Source: Thalia democratica (taxonomy: Eukaryota). Taken from it: a stretch of 64,000 bases of DNA. The stretch spans positions 29,760,001 to 29,824,000 of the forward strand of contig OZ241826.1 of NCBI GenBank assembly GCA_965202585.1, in the 5' to 3' direction. Made by a program: the position numbers and the translations under genes. Below the pieces are notes generated by a model, which searched no databases, was not told the DNA's origin, and worked only from the letters and a program-made list of their open reading frames with translations. Below are positions 38,217 through 49,331 of this stretch, piece by piece. Position 1 is the first letter of the stretch. Each line of letters begins with the position of its first letter.

Positions 38217-40075
38217 ATAAATACATGTAAGTCCAGTTTAGGAATAATCAGTAAAAAAATACTGAATAACATTCTGCCTGTGATAAGATCTAAAACAGGA
38301 CTGCTACAGTGGAAAAATTCACTTGAAGTTCTTGAATGGTTTAATAATATCAAAAATAAGAAACTATACGCTTTCATGAAATTTGATGTCGTGGATTTTT
38401 ATCCTAGCATTTCTAAAGAACTCTTAACAAAGTCTATTCAACTTGAAAGAAAATATATTGATATTAGTAATGATCAAGTTGAAATTATTTTTCACTCATG
38501 TAAAACTATTCTATTTTTCAATAATGAATGCTGTATAAAAAAGAACTCTGCCCATGATCTTTTTGATATCCCAATGGGAAGCTTTCATGGAGCAGAGGTT
38601 TGTGAACAGGTTTGATTATTTATCCTAAATGAGATTATTAATGACAAAAAGATCGAAAAATCCAATTGTGGCCTTTATCGAGATGACGGTTTACTTATAG
38701 TGAAAAAACGATCACATAGATTTATTGAACAACTGAGAAAATCACTAACGAAAGTATTTCAGCAACATAACTTAAAAGTAACAATCGAACTCAGCACACA
38801 TAGGGTGGAATTTTTGGACATAACTATGGACCTAGAGAAAGACGAGTACCTTCCATTTAGAAAAGAAAATGCTAAGAATATTTATATGAACTTTAATTCA
38901 AATCATCTATACCCAATAAAAAAAGAAATCTACTAATGATACAAAAAAGTTATCATCACTATCCAAAACTAAAGACATATTGACAAGATAAAAGAGTAGT
39001 ATGAAAAAACCTTAGAAAATAGTGGCTTTAAAACAACACTATCATATGTTCACAGTAATTCTATTGGAAAAAGTAGAAGAAAATTAAGGAAAACGAAAGT
39101 TTTTTACTTCAATCCTCCTTTTAGTAATTCTATAAAGACGAATATTGGGAAAGAATTTCTAAAATTAGTATCCAGACATTTCCCTAAATCAGGCTTTTAT
39201 GATTCTATATTTATAAGAAATACAATTAAGATTTCATATTCTTGCATGCCCAATTTGGAAAAAGAATTGTCCAACCACAACCAGAAATTACTTCAAAACT
39301 CAAATGATACAACTGAAGAAAACCGCAAATTATGCAATTGTAGATTAAAAAATAATTGTCCAGTTAAAGGTGAATGTCTTACCAAAGGAGTAATATATAA
39401 AGCAACAGTCATGTATAACAAAAAAGAACATATTTACATTGGTTCAACAGGGAGACAATTTAAAAATAGATTTTACGAACATATACAATCCTTTAATAAT
39501 GTAAAGAAGAAAGAAAGCACAAGACTAAGTAGATTTATACACAAAATAAAAAATTGCAACCCTGTTTGGAGAAAAATGATTAAATGGGAAATTATTCATC
39601 GCAGCAACCAAAGTAAGCCCAGTAAAATTTGTTCCCTATGTAATTTGGAAAGACTCGAAAAATGCATTTGCAGATAAAAACAAACTTTTAAACTTGAGAT
39701 CAGAACTGGTGGGAAAATGTAGACATTTTACAAAATTTGATTTTAAGTCTTAATATGCTAAATTTAAGTTTAATCTACCTTTGTTTTCATTATATAGTTT
39801 TGTTTTGTCGTTTGATTTTTGTTATAATTGTATTTACGTTAATTTTAATTTATATTGCTGATTATTACTAAAATTCAATTAGTTAACCAATCACCTAATC
39901 AACTAATTACTTATTTAAAACTTTATAAAATTTTTGTCCGTTGCAACTTATTAGTTTATTTGCTTTTACTTGTGATCATCGCACTAGCGTGAAACAATTG
40001 TTAAGTGATATACTCTTTAACAATTTAACTTTGTCATTATTGTATAAAGGCTCCTTAATTGTGAAGCTCTCTAAA
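38217..40075 (+). mobile_element. Penelope-like retroelement, 5'-truncated and decayed: RT + CxC linker + C-terminal GIY-YIG endonuclease, 3' UTR/pLTR with hammerhead
   Basis: RT motifs KFDVVDFYPSI, PMGSFHGAEVCE, LYRDDGL, VEFLDITMDL. Linker YFNPPFS...IGKEFL...CNCRLKNNCPVKGEC. Endonuclease VIYKAT...YIGSTGRQFKNRFYEH. C-terminal CSLCNLE...LNLRSELVGKCRH (stop 39751-39753). Several stops/frameshifts. Begins after an (AAT/AAAGT)-rich microsatellite. 3' boundary approximate. Confidence 0.92.
39966..40008 (+). ncRNA. Minimal type I hammerhead variant with G3/C8 core (GTGATCA instead of CTGATGA)
   Basis: ttactt-GTGATCA-t cgc(acta)gcg t-GAAA-caattg-TT-aagtga. Stem I ttactt/aagtga, palindromic stem III ACAATTGT. 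It sits about 210 nt after the PLE ORF, where PLE hammerheads are expected. Confidence 0.75.
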
Positions 40076-40204
40076 AAAATTCATTTTTAAAACAACTTCA
40101 ATATAAACTTATATTAATTTGAAAAGATAACTTTATTTAAAACCTTTACTATGTACTTTCTTCAGCCTTATTTTTCTTTTATGTAAAAATATTCAATATT
40201 TTTA

Positions 40205-41957
40205 TGTCACGGGAACAGCATCAAAAAGTTCACACAAAGCAGAAATAATGTAACTGACTCAAATAGTTTGAATTCTTCTCTAGGGTTTTTCCCTTTAATT
40301 TTCCTAAACATTTGCTCTGGAAAACGAATTTATTGCCTTGAATTTTCTGTTTGGTGGAAGTTTTGATTCTCGGGCGAATATTCTTGATTGAAAGAAATAT
40401 AATTGCCATTAGTTTGATTTTAATTTCTAAAATATTCAGGATTTTTTTTTACTTTATTTTGGAGAATGTCGATCTGTCGTTTAAGCTGCTCAATAGTTAA
40501 GTTATTGCCGTAAATGTGATTTGATTTTCTGTAATTTGTTTGATCACAGTTTAAGTAAGAATTTAAATCTTGTTGAAGACAATATGGTTGTGAAAAATTG
40601 TCCAACGGTGTATTAATTGGGCTCATATTTGTAGTAAGGAATGTTTCTGTTTCAGATGTTACTGGGTAGCTGGATATTAGCGATGTTCTTATGTTTAGGG
40701 AATCTTGAAAGTGCGTAGGATTGTTGGCAGCCGTTGTTTTGGTCATCATATATTTACCGGCTGAGGGCGAGTCTGTCAAGTTTATTTGTGAATTAAAATC
40801 ATTAACTGAACTTACCACACTTCTTGCAGAGGTATTGATTGGTTGACTATTCTGTAAAGAGAGTGCTTTTAAAATTTCATCAAATTTATTTTCTACTACT
40901 TTAGTTAGCTCATTTATTCTTTTAGTGTTGTCTTCAATGGTTGGTGTGAATAGGCTGGAGAGGACGCCATTGATGTACTCCGAACCACTGCGGTCTCTAG
41001 CTTTGTGGGAAACCGCCTCTGTAACAGATTCGGCAGTTTCGACAGCAGCCAGATTAGCAGTAGCTTCGAAGCCATCTTTATCTTTAGTTGCTACCTCGGT
41101 CTGTGACCGAATGCAAGAGTGTGTAAAAGCTAATACTCTATTTATTTTACTTATAATTTAAGTTTAAATACAGACTAACAAGTATATATATGCTTTATTA
41201 TACAATACAATCAAAGTTTATTACTTGAGAAGGCTTCTTGCAGTTCACAATTTTAGTTGAGCTGTAACAAATGGTTGCTCGTACAGTTTACTGGTTCAGA
41301 AAGTAGGGACTTATACTTCCTCGTTAACACTGGATGTAGAGCGCGCGAGATAAAAAGATACAATATTTAAATAACGAAAACGAAAGATAAGAGTAATAAG
41401 TTGATGCCACCGAATGCGTGGGCTTATGGGTCGAGTTCAATGTTCAAAATTATCCAAACTGGAAGTTGTTGCTGCTTGTCTGCTGCAGTATGCGTAGGCT
41501 TATGAGTATGGCACGTTAACAACTTAAATCAAGTTGTACGCCCCGTCGACGTTGCTAAAGTAGGTATACAAAATGTATATAAAAAGATATAAAAACTACG
41601 AAGTTATGAAGTTAAGTACAAAGTAAATGTTTCAGACAAACAAACAAATACTTGAATAAGAATGTTTCACTAGAAATCATCTAGATTTTCCAAGATGGCG
41701 ACTTACACTCAGAGCGCCAAGAGAAGGTTTTCCGGGAGTTCAGCTATTTTTCCAAGATGGCGGCTTACGCTTCGGATTGAAAACTGGCGTAGTGGTGCTT
41801 CTTGTTAACGTCGAAATCCAAATGATCTGCTTTCTCGTTTGCTCTGCTGTTTATATACGTCTTTCTTACATAACAATCGCCTGGTCAAGACATGGTCGCA
41901 TGATGTAACATGCTGATTAAAGCATGAAACCCGGCGTGATCGGTAGTTAATTCTACA
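40205..41957 (-). mobile_element. gag: 5' fragment of a Gypsy-like LTR retrotransposon (LTR region, PBS-like site, gag start) related to the 54-59 kb element
   Basis: Frame open from ~41157 to 40420: RSQTEVATK...YINGVLSSLFTPT...IEQLKRQIDILQNK. Downstream KIKGKNPREEFKLFES matches RIEKLKNPRDVLGYFQE of the 54-kb gag. TGGCGTCCTC at 40969-40960. TATATAAA at 41857-41850 and TGTAG at 41957. LTR limits uncertain. Confidence 0.65.
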
Positions 41958-42180
41958 TAGCAAAAATGCGTCAACTAGCGGTTGTTGTTATTTTTTAAAG
42001 CAATGTTTTTAAAAACCAAAGTGTTTTTATCATTTAAAGATTTATTAAAAAGAAAAGGAATTAAATATGAAACTACTTATAAACTCAACTTTTTGACTAT
42101 CGAAGCGAAAATAATAAAATTTTCACGTCGATGTCCAACAGTAGTAGATGTATCAATGTTATCATGGTAGTAACTGCTAT

Positions 42181-42815
42181 TCATGAACTATGTAGTGAAC
42201 ATATACTTTACAAAATCAGCTTTTATCGCATTGATTTTGGGTTACTTAAGTGCTGCAAACTTTTAATTACTTTAGATTTATCGTATTTAGTTATAAGAAA
42301 GCAAATTTATTTTAGGATAATATTTTTTTAATAGATATTTGTTTTTTATGGCCAAACTTAGAGTAAAAAAAACCTTAATGTCACTTAAGCTATTTTTTTA
42401 GGAAACTAAAATAGTGCCACTTTAGCTTTTTCTTTAAGTTTAGTATTTAAATTTAGTTAAAAAAAGTTTTGTTTTTAATAGATACTAAAACTCTATAAGC
42501 ACTTATCATTGAGAGTTGGACATTCAGCCCTTGACAATTGAGAGCAATTGTCTAGGGCTTGAAAGAAAAAGAAAAATTTGTATTTAAAAAAGTATTTCAT
42601 GCAATAAAATTTGAAGATAAAGTAAACATTATTAACTACTTTAACCACAACAAGTTGCCAAAAAGCCAAAAAATCCTTTGCAAAATCCTGACACTTGCAA
42701 ATTTAGGCTAAAAAACCTGGAATTTGAGAAATTTTGAAAGAAACCAGGATAAACCTTGAATTCTGAACAGAAATCATTACAATACTTAAAACTAACTTGT
42801 ATTCTAATACTTAAA
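42181..42815. repeat. Dispersed direct duplication, copy 1 (copy 2 at ~44574-45350)
   Basis: Collinear blocks gaacta(t/g)gtagtgaacatatact, gaaagcaaatttattttaggataatatttt, gccactttagctttttctttaagtttagta, agcccttgacaatt-agagcaattgtct and the start of a CAGGGTTGCCA-family MITE. Copy 2 has an extra ~170 bp. Confidence 0.85.
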
Positions 42816-43199
42816 AAAAATACTTAATATATTTTAAGTTAGTTAGTTCATGTAACAATTCAGTAAAGAGTTTCAAAAATTTAAGTACACTCAAGATAAA
42901 TTAAGATAATTTAAGTTTTCGTAAGTTTTAAGATAACTTAGATAAATTGTTTTCAGGTTTATTTATTTTATATTTATAAAAGTAGCTGATATTTTTAATG
43001 TAAAGTTTATTTAAAAGTGGTTTTAGTTATATTTATAAGGAAACATTATTGAAATTGTTTTGTCATATATAAATAAAGTAAAACTAAAATAGCATACAGT
43101 TATTACAAGTTAATAATTACATAAGGTTTAGCTTATTTTCTAATTTATTTATCCTGGGAGCACGACAACTCAAATTAAAAAAAAAACATTTTAGAGACT

Positions 43200-43622
43200 C
43201 AGGGTTGCCATTTTACCTGAAAACTTGGAAAAACCTGGAATTTGATAACTTAGGCAAAAATAACCTTCAAAAACCTTGAATTTGAGAATTTTTGAAAAAA
43301 ACCTGGAAGTTTGATTAAAAAACCTTGAAAAACGTGGTAATTTTAATAATTTTAACATTTTCAGTAGTAAAATTCTGATTTGACACAAAAAATCTATCAT
43401 ATAAACAAGATTTTTTTGTCATCATCAAAAAAAATTTTTATTAAAAAACACATTAAAGTAACTTTACAGTATCTTTTCAATGTTTACATACTATTTAACA
43501 CAGTTTCTTATATTGAAATTTACTTAAAACTAAAAATAGACTCAAAACTGTGTACTTTTAAAAGACCTAAAAGAAATTTGGAAAACCTGGAAAACTTTTT
43601 GAAATAACGAATGGCAACCCTG
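43200..43622. mobile_element. Complete MITE with 13-bp TIRs (hAT-like terminus)
   Basis: CAGGGTTGCCATT (43200-43212) and AATGGCAACCCTG (43610-43622), flanked on both sides by GAGACT. Confidence 0.88.
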
Positions 43623-44573
43623 GAGACTATATCTAATAAAGTAAAATAAATTAGAAAATCTAAGAAATAGGCATGTAGGCATATAAATATCTACTAGCCT
43701 TTTTTTAACTTGCAAAATTATGACTTTTTTGTTGTGATTTGGTAAAAAAAAGTTTAAAAATAAAGTTATTTTAAATAACTTTAACTTATTTCAATTATAT
43801 AAGACTTTGCAATAAAAAAATTCCTTTTAGATATTAACAAAACCCACGTACATATTTTAAACTTTTTTCAAATCTATTTATTTTTATAATGATAGTCTTA
43901 ATAAATTTTTTTACAACTTGAGTTATTCGCTATTTGAGTTTTTTGAATTTAAATTGTCATGTAACCACCTATACCAAATTAAATATTTATAAAAATGAAA
44001 ATTTAGACTTTCGGAATCGTTTAAAGTCTTTTCATTAGTAAATAGATAAAGTTATTAGTTTCCTTACTTTATTTTTCTTATAACAAAAACTTATAGATTT
44101 ATTTAGTTATCAACTTGAAAGCAGAGTTGCTACAATTCAAAAATAAAGTGTTCTGAATGTTGAATAAACGTTTGTTTATATTAAAACATCAAATTTGGCT
44201 ATTTTTAATATAAATCTAGGACCTATGCTATTAAGCTATAAACTGCAACTTTATATAAGTTTTTATGACATTTTTATTGCAGTGTCGGCTCTAGAATGGT
44301 TTGCTACCCCTAAATTTATAAAATGAAATTTAAATAATTTATTTAAAGCATAATTCTCTTATTTTTTTTGTTTTTTTTTTACAACTTTGTTGCATTTCGA
44401 ACTTTTGTAAATGTGTGATACCCATGAAAAAAAAATTGAAAACTTTAAAAAAAAAATGTTACTGGTAACAGTAACAATAAATTAGAGTCTGAGTTGAATA
44501 TAAAAAATTGCATATGTTTGTCTAAACTTTTCACTTGAAAAAAGTAGATGTAATTTAGGTGAAATAATGCAAA

Positions 44574-45350
44574 GAACTAGGTAGTGAACATATACTTGAA
44601 AAAAAAAATATTTTTTATAATGTTGGGTTACTTTAGTGCTGCAATTTTTTTATTATTTCAGATTTATAGCATTTTATTATATGAAAGCAAATTTATTTTA
44701 GGATAATATTTTCTTAATAGATATTTGTTTTTTATGGTCAAAACTTACAGTAAAAAAACCTAATTATGCTACTTAAGCTTTTTTTAGGAAGTTAAAATGA
44801 TGCCACTTTAGCTTTTTCTTTAAGTTTAGTACCTAAATTGAATTTGATAAGTTTTGTTTGTAATAGATGCTCAAGTTCTACTAAAATTAAAACTATGTTA
44901 GAATGATACTTCTACTTTTGTTAATTAAATTAAAATTCAAAATAAAATAGATCATTAGCTTAAGATATATAATTGTAAGGAAAGTTAAAAGTTTATTCCA
45001 TGTTTTTATAATGTCACTATAGCAGCACTCTAAACTGTTAATAATTTTAATGACTAAAGCACTTATCGTTGAGACTTGGTTATTTAGCCCTTGACAATTT
45101 AGAGCAATTGTCTAAGGCTGGAAAAAAATAATTTGTATTTAACAGAGTATTTTATAGAATAAAATTTAAAGCTTAAGTAAACATTAACTATTTTAACCAC
45201 AACAGGGTTGCAAAAAGGCAAAAAAATCCTTTGAAAACCTGAAACTTGTAAATTTAGGCTAAAAAAACTTTGAATTTGAAAAAAAAAACAGGAAAAACTT
45301 TGAATTTTGAACAGAAATCATTAAAATACTTATAACTAACTTGTTTTTAA
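44574..45350. repeat. Dispersed direct duplication, copy 2
   Basis: Same collinear blocks as 42181-42815. Confidence 0.85.
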
Positions 45351-46593
45351 AAATTTAAAATCAGCATCATTTCAAGTACGTTTGTTTGGGTTGAGCTAAT
45401 ACAACAGTACTATTATTTTTAAGTGTAGTACTTTATTAGTACATCCAGTGTTGAATATTGTCTATATGTTTATGCCCTACTACTTTTTTTAAACAGAATA
45501 AACTGAGTCAGAAGTAATATAAAGAAAACAAAATATTGACACCAAAATACTTTGCTTCATTAGTTGGAATTTTAAGCTTAATACTTTTGAAATAAGACAT
45601 TTTTTCACTTTATGTGTAAAATAGTATTTGATTTTTTCTTTATCATGATTTCTAAAACTATTTTTAAGAAGCCCGCCTTCAAAAAAATTAAAAAAAAACT
45701 GTGGTCCACTAAAACAAGATAACTCGAAAAACTACCATTAAACTCTCCTAAAACCATTTTTATTTTGCTCATCATTGTCAGCTCTAGTGTAAGTTTTAAA
45801 ACTATGACCCTGTAGCTCCCCTTTTATAATTTATGACCCCCTAAAATTACTTACAGTTTCTATAATATTTAGTATAAGTTATTAAGACACTTATGTTTTG
45901 CTGTTGCTCATAAACTCCAGGGCATGTAGGTTTTAAATTGTGACCTAATGGCCCCTGTACCTCCTGTGCTGCTCATGTCCTCTCATTTGGCCCAATTGCT
46001 GAAGATGGCAGCTTGAATATCTGTAATAGTCCCCTTTGCCCATTTTATGAAACTCTGCTCTATATTTATTGTAATGTCAAAGCTTCAGTAAAGCTCAGGC
46101 TTTTTGCAGTTCTATGCAAAACTATGGTTAGTTTGAGTTATTTTCCTATACTTATGCTACTTTTTATGACCTTAATTTTATTTTACTTTCACAATCTTAT
46201 ATAAATAAAATGTTTTACATTGAACCTTTTTTTAATAAAAATAAAATTAAATTTTATGTTTATTAATTTACCTCTGTTTTTAGACCAAAAGTTTTAAAAT
46301 ACTAATACCCGTGTTTTGTTGTCATCGAAATTAGTCAACAAATCCTAGCCAAAGAAAGCGATTATATTCAATTTACACACAATTATTATGTTTCACCACA
46401 AAGCAACTTATTGTCAATGAAATCAGGTTGTTAAATTGTCATAAAACGTAAAAATTTACAGTAAAACTTGAAAATTATTTATTGATTGAAGAAATCTTAA
46501 ACTACAACTAATCGAAAAGTTTCAATAATTACCATATTTTACCATTAAGCTACTGGTTGTTAAAAATGTCAAATTGTTAACATGCTTTAAAAT

Positions 46594-47740
46594 CAGTGTT
46601 GCCACTCTACCTGGAATTTTGATAATACAGTATTATTCACTTATTCGGACACGTTGGGCAAGTTTTTTTGTAAACGTATCCGGATAACTAAAATTCCGGA
46701 TAAGTACAAAAAATCATTTTTTTTTCATTTTATAATATAATTGCTGTATATAATGCAATGCATAATAAAAGTTATAGGTAAATTAATTTATTTTTTTAAG
46801 GTAGAAAAACATCAGACTTACTAACCTTCTGCAGCGATATTCGGTTTTTGAGGGTCAAGCAAGTAAAATTCATCATTTGTAATTTCAACTGCCCTAACTA
46901 TTAATTTTAAAGAAAGATTAACTCTTGTTTAAGAAAAAAATTGAGTTTAAATCATCTTTAAAAACAAAAAATTATCTAAACCTATCTCTCTAAATTATTA
47001 AAAAAAACTTTTTTAACTAAGAAAAAATACAGACATAAAAAAAAACAAAAAAATTTGACTAAATTTAAAGTCAATTTAACTAAAACAAATCACTCCTAAC
47101 AAACTAGATTTTATTGGAAGTTTTAATAAAGTAAGAAAGAATAGACGTTTGTTTTATAGTTTTTTAACGTTTTTCAGCAGAAAGTTTGAAGATTTTAATA
47201 AGTTGTGAAACTTTTTCTGGCGTGTCCTCTGGCTAAAACCGTTAAAAACTTTAAAAATCATCTAATAACTAAACTAAATTTTGGATAACTCAACTTGTTC
47301 TGAAAAAAGATAGAATGTTATCTTTAATAGTAATATTACGTCGTAATAATGAACAAAGTTGAAGAATTTATAAAATTACTTAAATTTCTCTTACATCATG
47401 AAAGCTTAAATATTTGTATCATACAAAAATGTTAGTGTTTAATATTGAAAAATGTTTGAGTTTTCTTCTGGCCGAAACTGTCCGGATAAGTGAATAAGCA
47501 CTGTATAGGCAAAAAACCTGGAAAAACCTAGAGTTTAACAATTTTCACATGTACTGTAGTAAAATTTCAATTTGACTCAAAAAATCTGTCATATAAATAT
47601 AAAATTTTTGTCATCATTAAAATAATTTAATTAAAAAAATATTTAAAGTAGCTTTACAGTATCTTTTCAATGTTTTTAAACTATTTAAAGAAAAATTTTG
47701 AAAACCTTGAAAAATTAAGAAAAAATAAGTGGCAACCATG
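46594..47740. mobile_element. Same MITE family, interrupted by a nested insertion
   Basis: Ends CAGTGTTGCCACT (46594) and AGTGGCAACCATG (47740). The body matches 43200-43622 on both sides of the insert. Confidence 0.8.
46628..47503. mobile_element. Non-autonomous Tc1/mariner-superfamily (pogo/Tigger-like) element with TA target duplication
   Basis: TA|CAGTATTATTCACTTATTCGGACA ... TGTCCGGATAAGTGAATAAGCACTG|TA, with internal TCCGGATAA subterminal repeats. No transposase ORF seen. Confidence 0.85.
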
Positions 47741-49331
47741 TAAAACGTAAAAACTTGCAGTAAAACTTGAAAATTGTTCACAGACTGAAGAATAAAGTTT
47801 TCTTAAACTACAACTAATCGACAAGCTTCAATAGAAAAAACTTCTCAGATATGTACTAGTTTACCAGTAGCTTTGGTCATGTAATCAAAGTGGTATGATC
47901 AGTAATTTCCTTTTAAAAATTATAAGCATAAAAAACACATGAAAGTCGAGCTTCTTACTCTGATTAAGATTGCTAACATTTTTTTTTAAATTTTACCTTA
48001 AAATTGAATACTTTTTTTTAATGTACTAACTATTCTTCAACTTTATCAAAAGACTTGGCTGGTTTTTTTCATTTAAAGATTACTAACCCTGTGAACACTT
48101 TATTTTATATAGTTTTTACTGAAGTTTTAAATTCATTGATTTTTAGAAATTAGTTAAGCATGTGCTAGCCATAGTCGCTTTTGTTAAACTGCAGTTCTTA
48201 ATCGGTTTAGGTTGAGTGAGAATAGTTTTTTAACTGAACTTTTATACAAATCATTTCCGTACAACAGCATATTTTTTTATATTTTAGTTTTTTGTTAAGT
48301 GCATACTCATCTCAAGATGAAAATCTGCTTTTTTTTAAAACTAACAGTTTAATAAAACCTTTTTGTAAATATATATTGTATGTTTAGATTATGAATGGTT
48401 GACACTATTACTTAAATTGCTTATCAATTTTTTTCATAAATACCAAAACTTTAACTTGGTTTAACTGTGTCAATAATAAAAATAATAAACACAGAGTAAT
48501 TTTTTTTGAACACTTTATTTATGATAATCTCTAGTGTTTAATTAATCTTAATATTTTGTTTCCTCATAGTTTTATAGAATATGTACCTAAAGTGTTTTTA
48601 ATATTTCCCTTTAAAAATATATACAGGGTGGGCATATGTTCTTAGACTAATATAAGTCAAATCTTGTTTACTTTTGGACAGATGTTAGGTATTATTTATT
48701 TCATTTCTTGTAGGGAAGTGGCGAGAAACCATTTTTATTAATTCTATTCACTAAGATCACAGTCACACAAGGTATTTAGACATTTTCTATTCAGATCTCC
48801 TTGTACTTCTCTCACCTTTTTCCTGAACATATTTATTAATCTTTCATCGAAAAAAGCGTGTTCTTTTACTACTAAGGTAATGATTGGATGTGCAAATCTC
48901 ATCAGCCATTTTTAGAAAATGTTAAACTGCATAATCTACGGTTTTCATTAATTTAACCATGATAATGTCTTCTTAATTTTTCTTGCAACGCAACAAAATT
49001 GAACTAGTGTCACTTTTTTGGTCAGTTAAAATAAAAATTAAGATTTATTTTGAAAATATTTTAATGTTATTAAGACAAGTACCTACAAAGAACGCTCCTA
49101 TAGATAAATAAATATGAATATCAGCTGTATTACAATAATCATTTTTTTTTGAGTTGATGACTTTTCTAACTAAAGTTTAATTCTTTATTCAAAGATAATT
49201 TTGAACAAAATACTGGTGCAGATGTATAAACAAAGACACTATTTTAATGTTCGTTTTTTGTGCTAATTAATTAAGTTTATAGAAAAATAAAATTATTACT
49301 GTTTTAGACGTATAAAGTAGTAATATAAACT

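Noticed and set aside
38613-38615. In-frame TGA in the PLE RT as selenocysteine (known in some Naiad PLEs)
   Set aside because: The position corresponds to a Gly-like site (EQV*LFIL), not Cys. The element has a C-terminal endonuclease and also has TAA/TAG stops and frameshifts.
41535-41957. TGTA...TACA block as a solo LTR
   Set aside because: The flanks (AAGT vs TAGC) show no target duplication; left as part of an LTR region with uncertain limits.
48622-48645. TACAGGGTG Tc1/mariner-like end near the Ulp1 gene
   Set aside because: No matching opposite TIR and no transposase motif were found, so Ulp1 cannot be placed inside such an element.
48870-48910. Minus-strand CTGATGA followed by a gatt/aatc stem
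   Set aside because: No GAAA or stem III follows, so it is not a hammerhead.
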